Shown here: one piece after another, positions 1-8,898 of the stretch | How positions within the stretch are numbered: the first letter of the stretch is position 1 | Layout: each line of letters begins with the position of its first letter | Virus record (IMG/VR): IMGVR_UViG_3300025707_000003 | Coordinates: 128,001-192,000 of that record | Reading direction: 5' to 3' (one strand) | DNA: 64,000 nt | Origin: a virus | Taxonomy: Duplodnaviria; Caudoviricetes | Notes under the pieces: model-generated | What the model saw: only the letters and a program-made list of their open reading frames with translations | Database searches by the model: none | Told to the model about the DNA's origin: nothing | Program-made: the position numbers and the translations under genes

Positions 1-2046
1 AAAGCCTCTAAGAATCTACTCCCTAAGTTAGAATCTTATGGCGTTCGTCTTGCATCAGGGTCTGCTAAAACTCGTTTAAAGAAAGCCTTTATTGACCTCC
101 TTGAAGGTAGGGTCGCTCGACAAGACAAATCAGCGACATGGTTTCCGACACAGATCGACCAATCTAGCCTTATCTCTCTTGACCATGCTCGAAGAGAACT
201 AGAGGACGCTAGAGAGGAAAACATCTTCGTTGCTTCATATGAAGATGTTGAGCAATCAAAAATAGATAAAAAACTCAATAGGATCGCAAGTCAACTCGTC
301 AATCAAGGATTTCTTGAGGGTGAGCAGGTAACAGCAGTTGTGGAGTCTAATAGGACAAGCTCAAAGAAGATCGAAAGACTTTATGAGTTAGCGAGTATAC
401 CTGTGGACTCTAGCTCTTATGATGGTCAAGGCATAGGTGCTAAAACTCATACCCCACATAAAAGCAAGATCGAAGAGAACTTTAAGACTCGCTCTCAACT
501 GAACCTCGAACAACGACACGCTTCTGCTAAAGATAAAATTGGTCGTATCGTTAAAGCAAGAATGATTACAGCCCAAGAAGCATCTTCGATTTCCTCAAGA
601 CAAGAAACACCAGAAGATAAAGTTAAAGCAGTATTCAATCATATCGCTAAAAACATCAAAAACCTAGCTTCTACTTATGAAGGTCAAGGTACTGATGTGA
701 AACTATTGCTCCCTACTAGAAGTGACATTCAGAGCGACTTTAAGACTCGCTCAGAGATCACTATGGAGCAAAGGTTTGCTAGAGCGAAAGATAAGATTGC
801 TCGCATAGTTAAAGCTGGTCTTATTTCAGCTCAAGAGGCGAACACAGTGATCGCCAAACATAAGACACCTGAAGATAAGGTTCGTGCTGTCTTTAATAGT
901 ATCGCACACAAGGTAGATGATTACTCTGATTATGAAGGTCATGGTAAGAACGCTTCGTACCATAATATGCGTAAACATCGGACAAACGCAGATGTGTATA
1001 TACCTCAAAAAGGCGTTCGTGAACTCGCTCATAGACAAAAGATGGCTATGGAGCAGTTGTCGAACCTCGTAACCTCTGGATTGATCACTGTTGAAAAAAT
1101 ACAAGAAGTATCTAAAGGCAAAACACCAGAAGATAAGGTCGCCTCTGTACTAAGGTATATCGCAAAACCTATCGAATCGAAAGATTATGATGGTGTGGTT
1201 TCTACGGCACATATCATAACTGCTAGAAACAAACTACCAACCGAGAATGTGAAAGCAACTTCGGTATCTGAGGGCAGGAAGATCGCTTCTAAAGTGGATG
1301 TTTACATCTCAAACGGTCTTATCTCAAAAGAAGATGCTAGTCATGCCTTTACCCTTAAAGGTTCTGAAAAGTTCAAAGAGCTTTATCGCCTTGTCGTTAA
1401 AGGTGCTTCAGCTAAGAAGTCTGACTTCAAAGGTCAAAAGTTTGAAGCTCACATTGCGAAAAGAGCTTCTGCACCAACCAAGACTGCACATGAAGCACAG
1501 TCAGATAAAGTAGCAACATGGCTTCGTCAAAAAATCAGCGAGGGTTCAGCAGGAGAAGAGTTAGATGCCTTACTCCCAGCTCGCTTCTCACAGGACATCT
1601 TGAAATCTCATTCTGATCGTATTGCCTCTGTTAGATCTAAACATGAAGGTCTATCGGGTCATGCTTATGTCGATGCTACTGCCTACATGACAAAAGGAAC
1701 AGACGGATGTGATAAAGGGGCGTTAGTTCATAGGGCTAACCAAATCCCTACTCTTCTCAAGACCTCAAAATGTGGTTCGTGTGTATTCAACACAGATGGG
1801 ACTTGTCAGAAATATAACAAGCTTATCATCGCTTCAGCAGATGAAATCGTTGAAAGTCCTCAGTCTTATCAACAGGAGATGATAAGACTGGCTAATGCAA
1901 GTGATAGTGAGCAAACAGCATCACTATTTGTTAATAACTATGACGCTAATGAGTTTAACTTAACTGCAAGTGATGAGGTGTCTATTGACGATGCCCCTTC
2001 AAATGAACAGTTAGGAGATGTTCTCTTTGGTGGCTTTGAATTATAA
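1..2046 (+). CDS. 5'-truncated large internally repetitive protein, probably virion/head-associated
   Basis: Frame 1 is open from base 1 (KASKNLLPKLESYGVRLASG...) into the 340..2046 ORF, so the GTG at 340 is not the true start. About five ~80-aa repeats ([YF][DEK]GxG...GLI[ST]...TPEDKV..V...IA) and a C-terminal Cys cluster (CGSCVFNTDGTC). Confidence 0.6.
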   Translation, partial: KASKNLLPKLESYGVRLASGSAKTRLKKAFIDLLEGRVARQDKSATWFPTQIDQSSLISLDHARRELEDAREENIFVASYEDVEQSKIDKKLNRIASQLVNQGFLEGEQVTAVVESNRTSSKKIERLYELASIPVDSSSYDGQGIGAKTHTPHKSKIEENFKTRSQLNLEQRHASAKDKIGRIVKARMITAQEASSISSRQETPEDKVKAVFNHIAKNIKNLASTYEGQGTDVKLLLPTRSDIQSDFKTRSEITMEQRFARAKDKIARIVKAGLISAQEANTVIAKHKTPEDKVRAVFNSIAHKVDDYSDYEGHGKNASYHNMRKHRTNADVYIPQKGVRELAHRQKMAMEQLSNLVTSGLITVEKIQEVSKGKTPEDKVASVLRYIAKPIESKDYDGVVSTAHIITARNKLPTENVKATSVSEGRKIASKVDVYISNGLISKEDASHAFTLKGSEKFKELYRLVVKGASAKKSDFKGQKFEAHIAKRASAPTKTAHEAQSDKVATWLRQKISEGSAGEELDALLPARFSQDILKSHSDRIASVRSKHEGLSGHAYVDATAYMTKGTDGCDKGALVHRANQIPTLLKTSKCGSCVFNTDGTCQKYNKLIIASADEIVESPQSYQQEMIRLANASDSEQTASLFVNNYDANEFNLTASDEVSIDDAPSNEQLGDVLFGGFEL

Positions 2047-2057
2047 GGAGATAAGAT

Positions 2058-2723
2058 ATGCTTTCCTCTTACAGTCGTAGGGTCGTTGCTTCCCCTCAGT
2101 TCAAAATGCTCGTTGCTCATTTAAAGAAGTCCTCTGACCCATCAAAAGGAGAAGCAGGAAATCCCGAACCAATTCGTCAAGTTTTTGAAACACAAGTGAT
2201 CACCACTAATATGGGTACTGCTGTACTTGGTAATATAGACGCAAGCACTAACCAAGTACGCATTAAGGTAGAGACAACTGACTTCGGTAATGAGAATCTC
2301 GGCAACGCTCCACCCTTTTATGATCAAGACATTATTCAAGTTCAAACATCTGGATATATTGATGTTGATCGGATCAATGCCCTTAAAGCAGGAACTCACT
2401 TTGGTCGAGGTGAAGGCGAGAGTGCAGGTAACATCAATGATGTAGCCTCTGATCTCGCTCTCGTTTTAAATGACTCGGTGACCGATATTACTGCGAGTGT
2501 AGACCCCCAAAATCTTAACCATGTTCTTGTGCGTAGTAATGAAGTTTCATCCGCTTTATTTATCAAAGTATATAGCTTCTCTTACTTACTCTTAGCAGGC
2601 ACACCTCCTTTTATTATTGAAGATATGGATGGCAACACCCTTTATGACCCGACAGCTACAGAAGGTGGTGCAGGTGTTCTTTTAGTGCGACCGAATGGTA
2701 TATTACCTATGAATGAGTCCTAA
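2058..2723 (+). CDS. hypothetical protein, possibly structural
   Basis: 221-aa ORF with AGGAG RBS, co-oriented with the packaging genes. Confidence 0.6.
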   Translation: MLSSYSRRVVASPQFKMLVAHLKKSSDPSKGEAGNPEPIRQVFETQVITTNMGTAVLGNIDASTNQVRIKVETTDFGNENLGNAPPFYDQDIIQVQTSGYIDVDRINALKAGTHFGRGEGESAGNINDVASDLALVLNDSVTDITASVDPQNLNHVLVRSNEVSSALFIKVYSFSYLLLAGTPPFIIEDMDGNTLYDPTATEGGAGVLLVRPNGILPMNES

Positions 2724-2741
2724 TAAGTTAAGGAGGTTTAT

Positions 2742-3428
2742 ATGTCAATCCCCATACCAGCGGGTGCTACAAGAGTTCAAGTAGAAGATGAGTATGGTAA
2801 ACTAATTTGGCGAAAGCCCTCCGAAATCCTAGACACCGACACAATACGCATTAACTTTAAGACAGGCGAACCTTACGCTATGTTTGGTAAGCCAGGTCAA
2901 CCAAGTTCTAATAGTGCAAATGTCAAACAAACACCTGTAAATACACCTTATATACATCCATCAAACCCACAGGCAAACATCAATCAACTACAGCAACGCA
3001 AACAAGCGAAACTAAATAGCGATGCTGTATTTGATCAGACAAAGAAAAATGCCGATTCCTCTGAGGTATTGACTAATGTATTAGTTGGTTTAGCAGAAGA
3101 GTCTGCCTCACTTGCTTTTGAAAGAGAAGAAGCAGAGCGTAGGGGTGAATCCACATCTCAGATTTCTCTAAGGAGAGTAAATGCCTTAAAAGCTGTGGGT
3201 GACACTTGGATCAAGAAAAAAGAGATAATGTCGTCTAAATCCTTAGACTTAGAGTCTAAAGCTTTTAGGCAAGTTTTTGGACACATCGCTGAAACATTCC
3301 GTAAAGCGTGTGATGAAGCAGGGGTAAGACCCGAACTAGCAGAGAGTGTTTTTGCTACCTTCGGAAAGATGGTAGATGACCCAGATTGGATGCAAGACGC
3401 TAAAAAGGCTATGGAGCGTGAGAAATAA
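2742..3428 (+). CDS. hypothetical protein, candidate terminase small subunit
   Basis: Helical 228-aa ORF coupled (TAATG) directly upstream of TerL. The call is positional only. Confidence 0.4.
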   Translation: MSIPIPAGATRVQVEDEYGKLIWRKPSEILDTDTIRINFKTGEPYAMFGKPGQPSSNSANVKQTPVNTPYIHPSNPQANINQLQQRKQAKLNSDAVFDQTKKNADSSEVLTNVLVGLAEESASLAFEREEAERRGESTSQISLRRVNALKAVGDTWIKKKEIMSSKSLDLESKAFRQVFGHIAETFRKACDEAGVRPELAESVFATFGKMVDDPDWMQDAKKAMEREK

Positions 3429-6400
3429 TGAGTTTATCTTCGGTTGCGATCTCTGCAAGTGCTAGGGCAGGTAAGAAATCAGAAAAAGACGCAGACATCA
3501 TAGAATTTGTGGAAGCATCTTGGGGATTAAAGATGACTTTGTTTCCCGTACAAAGGGTAATCCTTAAAGCACATTATGGTCTTGAGCTTGATGATGAAAA
3601 GACATTTGAAATATCTGATTGGACTAGGACCAAAATAGAGACACATACCGAGAAATCATATCTTCGTAAGATATATGAAGATGGTCGTTGCAATATAGGT
3701 GAGGTAATACCTGGGAAACAACGAAGAGAAATGATCCTCTCTATTGGTCGTAGGTCTGGTAAATGTGTGACAGGTGAGACACTCATACCCACAAATAAAG
3801 GATTGGTTCGGATTGACTCTTTAGGTGATCCCAACGGGGATGAAATACAACCACTACAAGTTAATGTCGCACAAGAGTGTGGGACAACCTCTAGGTCGGC
3901 TTATTTTTATAACGGAGGTGTTAAACCTACTAAATACCTAGAGACATTCTGTGGGTACAGGATCGAGGGTACAGGAAATCATCGCATTAAAGTGATGACT
4001 CCCGAATGTAAGATCGAATGGAAGTATCTTGAAGAGATTGAAAATGGTGATGTGGCTTGCATCAATAGATCCAGTCAGCTTTGGTCTAATGACTATGTGG
4101 ATGTAAGTCAGCACCACACTGAAAAAGATCAACCTAAATATCTTGATGAAACTTGGGGAGAGTTATTAGGATTATTAGCAGGTGACGGTCACTGGACAAA
4201 TGAGAAAGCAGTTGGTATAACAGTAGGTGAGAAAGCCTTTGAGCCTTACCTTATGTCTTTATTTCGTAACCTCTTTGGGAAAGTCTCTTATCACCCAGAT
4301 AAGCGTAAGGTTGATGTCGGTCAAGTGTTAGCCTACGGGAAAGACCTAAGAAAGTTCCTCGATAACTTAGGTTGGGTAATCGACTGCACGACTAGAACTA
4401 AAAGTGTTCCACATACAGTCCTTAAATCCCCTATGTCTGTAGTATGTGCTTTCCTTAGAGGACTCTTTGAAACAGATGGTTCGGCTTATGACTCTGCCAT
4501 TACTCTTTCTACTGCTTCTTATCAACTCGCACATGAAGTACAACTTTTATTACTAAATGTCGGAATCGTATCCAATCTCTCTAAAAGCAACCGAGAAGAT
4601 AGAACAGAACATCGAATAAGAGTCAAAGGATCAAAGTCTAAGAGACTTTTCGCTAGACACATAGGGTTCATATCAGAAAGAAAGAAAAAGTGCCTTGAAG
4701 GGGTATTATCAACAGTCTCTTATAGGGGAGGTAATGAAGGAGTACCATTCTTTTACGAGTATGTTGAACGACTAAAGAAGTTCCACCCCTATCTCAAACA
4801 TGACTTAAGTCCTACAACTAAATACACACCCTATTGGAAGATCAAGAAGGTCGCAGACCATTCGGGTTTAAATCAGACCACAAAGTCTCAACTATATAAC
4901 CTCATCGACCGCGATTACTTTTTCGACCCTATCATCAAAGTAGAACAGCGTGAAGCTCATGTCTTTGATCTGAATGTGCCTAATGGATCAATGTTTATCG
5001 GCAATGGGTTCACTAACCATAATACTACGATTTCAGCCTGTATCGCCGCTTATGAAACCTACAAGTTGATCAAAAAAGAAAACCCACAAAAGTTTTATGG
5101 ACTACCCGCAAGTAATAATATCCAAATCATCTCGGTCGCCACAGATAAAGACCAAGCAGGTTTGCTTTACCAAGAAGTATCAGGTCATTATCGCTCCTGT
5201 GCTTTTTTTGGCCCCTACACTGCAAATAATACTCTCTCCTATGCCAGATTCCAAACACCAGCAGATGTAGAGAAGTATGGTAGATACATTGAGAACCAAG
5301 ACGCTAAAGCTACTCTTAAAATCACCTTTAGATCTTGTGTCGCTAAAGGTCTTCGTGGTGCAGGTAATATATGCGTCATTCTTGATGAGGTTGCTCACTT
5401 TACTGAAACGGGTCAATCGGGAGCAGAGGAAGTATATAACGCTGTTGTACCATCGACATCTGCTTATTCAGCTAAAGACCCAGAGAACCCAACGATCCCT
5501 ATTGGTGAAGTAGAGGGTCGTATCATTCTTATCTCTTCACCTTTGGGTAAACAAGGTCTGTTCTATAACCTCTTTATGATTGGTATGGGTGGTGGTCGGG
5601 CAGGAGATAATATCCTCGCTGTCCAAGCACCTACTTGGGAAGTAAATCCCACTGTACCTGCACAAGAGTTCGAGAAGCATTACCTCAAGAATGCGGCAGT
5701 CTTCTTCACAGAGTATGGTGGGGAGTTCACAGACAGAACAAGAGGGTGGATTACTGACGAGCGTGATCTATTATCTTGTATTGACCCTCAGTTAAAACCA
5801 CAAATGGGAGCACCAGCTAGAAAACCGCACTTTATGGGAATCGACTTGGGTCTTGTAGGTGACGGAACCGCAATTGCTATTGGACATCTCGAAGGTGAAG
5901 AAATCGTTGTAGATCTCGTAGCTCAAATTAAAGCAGGAGAGGGTATCTATCACGATAAAGAACGATTGGAGTTTGATGATGTCGCGGATTGGGTACTAGA
6001 GTTTACAAAGAAGTTTTATATTCAAGAGGGAATGTTTGACCAATGGGCAGGGATTCCTTTCCAACAGGCACTTGAAAAGCGAGGTCTAAAAAACCTCAAA
6101 TCTACTAATATGACTAAACAGATCACCTCACAAATGTATCAGAACTTTAAGGACATGATGTGGGATCAAAAGGTCAAACTCTACAATCGACCTAACTATG
6201 AAACAGAAGGACATGAACCGTATATCCAAGAACTCTTAGAGCTTCAACAAACGGTGCATGGTAAACACCTCATAACTGTCGAAGCTCCACAAACTAAAGG
6301 TAAACATGACGATATGTCGGACGCAATTGTACGCATGGCATGGCTCGCCTCTAATAACATCGGCAAAGGGCGATACTTCGCTTCAGGGTCTAAAGGAAGT

Positions 6401-6553
6401 AGACAATTCAGACACCCTATGGCAGGTGGTAAAACCTTTGCTACAGGTGGAAGGTATACAGGTCGAAGTGGGTCTGACGCTAAAAGGGTTGCACCTAAAT
6501 CACCTCGCTATAGCCTAAGAGACTCTATCAATGGTCGCTTTGGGAAAAAGTGA
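3428..6553 (+). CDS. terL: terminase large subunit, intein-containing
   Basis: Walker A GRRSGK|T interrupted by an intein, Walker B VILDE, motif III ISSP, and a C-terminal RNase H-like nuclease (MGIDLG...FDQW...HDDMSDA). Confidence 0.9.
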   Translation: MSLSSVAISASARAGKKSEKDADIIEFVEASWGLKMTLFPVQRVILKAHYGLELDDEKTFEISDWTRTKIETHTEKSYLRKIYEDGRCNIGEVIPGKQRREMILSIGRRSGKCVTGETLIPTNKGLVRIDSLGDPNGDEIQPLQVNVAQECGTTSRSAYFYNGGVKPTKYLETFCGYRIEGTGNHRIKVMTPECKIEWKYLEEIENGDVACINRSSQLWSNDYVDVSQHHTEKDQPKYLDETWGELLGLLAGDGHWTNEKAVGITVGEKAFEPYLMSLFRNLFGKVSYHPDKRKVDVGQVLAYGKDLRKFLDNLGWVIDCTTRTKSVPHTVLKSPMSVVCAFLRGLFETDGSAYDSAITLSTASYQLAHEVQLLLLNVGIVSNLSKSNREDRTEHRIRVKGSKSKRLFARHIGFISERKKKCLEGVLSTVSYRGGNEGVPFFYEYVERLKKFHPYLKHDLSPTTKYTPYWKIKKVADHSGLNQTTKSQLYNLIDRDYFFDPIIKVEQREAHVFDLNVPNGSMFIGNGFTNHNTTISACIAAYETYKLIKKENPQKFYGLPASNNIQIISVATDKDQAGLLYQEVSGHYRSCAFFGPYTANNTLSYARFQTPADVEKYGRYIENQDAKATLKITFRSCVAKGLRGAGNICVILDEVAHFTETGQSGAEEVYNAVVPSTSAYSAKDPENPTIPIGEVEGRIILISSPLGKQGLFYNLFMIGMGGGRAGDNILAVQAPTWEVNPTVPAQEFEKHYLKNAAVFFTEYGGEFTDRTRGWITDERDLLSCIDPQLKPQMGAPARKPHFMGIDLGLVGDGTAIAIGHLEGEEIVVDLVAQIKAGEGIYHDKERLEFDDVADWVLEFTKKFYIQEGMFDQWAGIPFQQALEKRGLKNLKSTNMTKQITSQMYQNFKDMMWDQKVKLYNRPNYETEGHEPYIQELLELQQTVHGKHLITVEAPQTKGKHDDMSDAIVRMAWLASNNIGKGRYFASGSKGSRQFRHPMAGGKTFATGGRYTGRSGSDAKRVAPKSPRYSLRDSINGRFGKK
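3764..5023 (+). mobile_element. intein with LAGLIDADG homing endonuclease (420 aa)
   Basis: Begins CVTGETLI, ends FTNHN, followed by Thr(+1). Two LAGLIDADG-like helices: LLGLLAGDG and FLRGLFETDG. Confidence 0.92.
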
Positions 6554-6562
6554 TTACAACGA

Positions 6563-6997
6563 TTAGTAGTTTTCTTGAGCCTCTTTACCCGCTTTGTACT
6601 CATAAAGCAGTTCACTTCGATCAGTCAAACCGACTTTCCATGTGTATTCTAAGTTATTTAAAGAAACACCATTCATGCCCATGTAGTAAACGATTTCTAT
6701 GATAGCTCCGTCCAAGTCTTTGATCATAGACTCTTGGTTGAGGTATCTTGAAAGTATCTCGATGTTAAGGATGAAATTTTCTTTATCTTCTTCCGAACCC
6801 TTTACCATTCTTTCCTTAGCAAAGTTTAAAAGTTGTTTGGTGTATGTATTGCGATGGTCAAGACCCAAGAAATAATCCTCGTGCTTACTCTCCATCATCT
6901 CTAAGAAATGTTTAGGGGTGAGTCTTGCAGACTGACGCTCTAAACGAGCAATCCTCATCTCAAGGTTTCTTATTATTTCTGAAGCTGATCTTTTCAT
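6563..6997 (-). CDS. leader-family protein (MKRSASEIIRNLEMRIARLERQSA) with unknown cargo
   Basis: True start is probably the ATG at 6997 (GGGGA RBS), not 7060. Leader matches the family consensus. Confidence 0.75.
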   Translation of the reverse strand: MKRSASEIIRNLEMRIARLERQSARLTPKHFLEMMESKHEDYFLGLDHRNTYTKQLLNFAKERMVKGSEEDKENFILNIEILSRYLNQESMIKDLDGAIIEIVYYMGMNGVSLNNLEYTWKVGLTDRSELLYEYKAGKEAQENY

Positions 6998-7025
6998 AAG
7001 AGTTTCCCCACTTTGTTTAATGTAA

Positions 7026-7056
7026 CACTTATTGACTATCATAAATAAACTACAAA
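7026..7056. repeat. 31-bp direct repeat, copy 1 (copy 2 at 7568..7598)
   Basis: CACTTATTGACTATCATAAATAAACTACAAA is identical upstream of two tandem leader genes. Confidence 0.9.
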
Positions 7057-7098
7057 TCAAATGGGGGGTGCATTTGATGATTGGTGGAAGTCTTAAGA

Positions 7099-7533
7099 CT
7101 ATTCGTTGCTTCTAATTCTTTTAAAGAAGTTAGGGTTCTTCATAATCAAGCTGGCGATCCCTGCTGACTCAATCTCAATTTGATAAGCCACGAGACCAGT
7201 ATCTCGTAAACTTCCACTCTCAACCTCGTAGTCAATGCGACAGTTGAATACAAAATAATCACCTCCACCCATCCAAGACAAATCAAAATCACCAGGCACT
7301 TTTCCTTTAGCTATAATCTGATCCATCATCTTATCTTTGCAGTAAGAGAAAATGGCTTGTAGATCATTTACACCCTTAACAGACTTTTTGAAGTCATCCT
7401 TCTCCATATCATGCTCTACAGATACAACACGAGCATTAAAGGATGAATCATTATCCCAACCTGCCGATTTGTTTTCAAGACGAGCAATACGACCCTCAAG
7501 GTTTCTAATCACTTCACTAGCTGATCTTCTCAT
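7099..7533 (-). CDS. leader-family protein (MRRSASEVIRNLEGRIARLENKSA) with unknown cargo
   Basis: Conserved leader, GGAGA RBS and upstream 13-mer motif. Confidence 0.8.
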   Translation of the reverse strand: MRRSASEVIRNLEGRIARLENKSAGWDNDSSFNARVVSVEHDMEKDDFKKSVKGVNDLQAIFSYCKDKMMDQIIAKGKVPGDFDLSWMGGGDYFVFNCRIDYEVESGSLRDTGLVAYQIEIESAGIASLIMKNPNFFKRIRSNE

Positions 7534-7580
7534 ATCATTTCTCCATTTGGTTTAGGGTTAAAGAGATCACTTATTGACTA

Positions 7581-7628
7581 TCATAAATAAACTACAAACT
7601 TTAGGGTTTGTGATGCAGATCTTCTCAT
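7581..7628 (-). pseudogene. truncated leader relic MRRSASQTLKFVVYL*
   Basis: ATGAGAAGATCTGCATCA with GGAGA RBS and the upstream motif intact. The frame runs into the next cassette's upstream motif and stops after 15 codons. Confidence 0.7.
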
Positions 7629-7645
7629 AATGGTTCTCCATTTGT

Positions 7646-7719
7646 TTAAGAATAAAGAGATCTCCTATGGATAACCTATAAATAAACTATCAATAGTTCT
7701 GGTTCTCCCAAGTCGCTGT
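7646..7719. repeat. 74-bp perfect direct repeat, copy 1 (copy 2 at 8825..8898)
   Basis: Identical 74 bp containing the last 10 codons (including the stop) of the 8869..10245 gene plus the 13-mer motif. Confidence 0.92.
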
Positions 7720-7786
7720 CTTGTATCGCAACCCCCCTAAAAACACAATCAATTCTAGATTCGGGAAAAAGTAGGAGGGGGGGGTA

Positions 7787-8806
7787 TTAACCTTGTGGTC
7801 TCCAAGACCTTATCTGTTGGTTTAACTTTGTTATTAGATCTTTGAAAACGCTTATACTTCTTTCTTTTTTACGCTGATGTATAGGGTCTGATGGTTGTCT
7901 CCTCTCTAACTCTTCGATCTCCTCATTTACTTTACGCTTAACATTTTTTAGACCCTCTGGAGATGTTTCTATTGGGTGTTCAAATGAACCATAACAAGAA
8001 ATTGTTTCCCTCCACCCATGTTGTATTCTATAACCATGCTTAAATAACTTACCATCTCTTCTTTTGGCATAAACTCCCCAACACATAGGGCAAGTACCTT
8101 TATTTTGTTCCTCTAAAGTCTGTTCGGGTTCGGTTTGCGGAGCGAGTCTTAAAAAGTCTTTTGCGTCTTCAACTGCACCCTCTTTGACTGCAAACTTTGT
8201 AATCTTAGTTAGATCAAAGTTCTCTAAATCTAGTTTGTAAGGTGAAATTTTTATCGCCACCTTTTTACCGTTTTTAGAAGTGGTTACTTTTTTGATACCA
8301 ACAAAAGCGTCCTCTAAATAAAACTTCCACCATTCTTTTCTTTTCTCATAAAACATACTGGTCAAAATAATCGAGATACGACCAAAAGTAGGTTTACTTG
8401 GTTTTCTATCTACAAAGTCTACATAGGGGATTGCTTTTTTAATCCTTTCAATCTCTTCTTCGTACTTTTGAAATGCCTCTTCAAATGTAGGGTATTCATC
8501 TACCGATACTAGTATAAAATAAATGCTTTGACCTAGCTTCTCAAAATCCTCAAAGGCAGTCTTGTGTTTGAGATTATCATTTGCATCCTGTGCCTCTTTC
8601 ATTTCAAAGTTAAAGCCTAAAGCTTCAAGCACCTCTTGTAAGATGTTAAAATTACCTTTTTTCGGCATTGGGGTTCTTCTTGAGTGGTTAGCCAAAGCTA
8701 ACATCATACTTTTAGCTTCATTGCTCAATGAAGATGTAGCTTGTTTTTCAAGACGGGCAACTCTCATCTCAAGCTCTCTGATGACTTCACTTGCTGTTCT
8801 TCTCAT
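7787..8806 (-). CDS. leader-family protein (MRRTASEVIRELEMRVARLEKQA) with C-terminal Zn-ribbon-like cargo
   Basis: Conserved leader; CPMCWG...KHGY...CYGS motif. Confidence 0.75.
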   Translation of the reverse strand: MRRTASEVIRELEMRVARLEKQATSSLSNEAKSMMLALANHSRRTPMPKKGNFNILQEVLEALGFNFEMKEAQDANDNLKHKTAFEDFEKLGQSIYFILVSVDEYPTFEEAFQKYEEEIERIKKAIPYVDFVDRKPSKPTFGRISIILTSMFYEKRKEWWKFYLEDAFVGIKKVTTSKNGKKVAIKISPYKLDLENFDLTKITKFAVKEGAVEDAKDFLRLAPQTEPEQTLEEQNKGTCPMCWGVYAKRRDGKLFKHGYRIQHGWRETISCYGSFEHPIETSPEGLKNVKRKVNEEIEELERRQPSDPIHQRKKERSISVFKDLITKLNQQIRSWRPQG

Positions 8807-8824
8807 AGGTCATTCTCCTGTGGG

Positions 8825-8898
8825 TTAAGAATAAAGAGATCTCCTATGGATAACCTATAAATAAACTATCAATAGTTCTGGTTCTCCCAAGTCGCTGT
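8825..8898. repeat. 74-bp direct repeat, copy 2
   Basis: Identical to 7646..7719. Confidence 0.92.

Noticed and set aside
340-2046. GTG at 340 as the start of the first gene
   Set aside because: The same frame is open from base 1 with protein-like sequence and a further repeat unit.
7646-8898. 74-bp repeat as a DGR template/variable repeat pair
   Set aside because: The copies are identical with no adenine-specific mismatches, and no reverse transcriptase is in the window.
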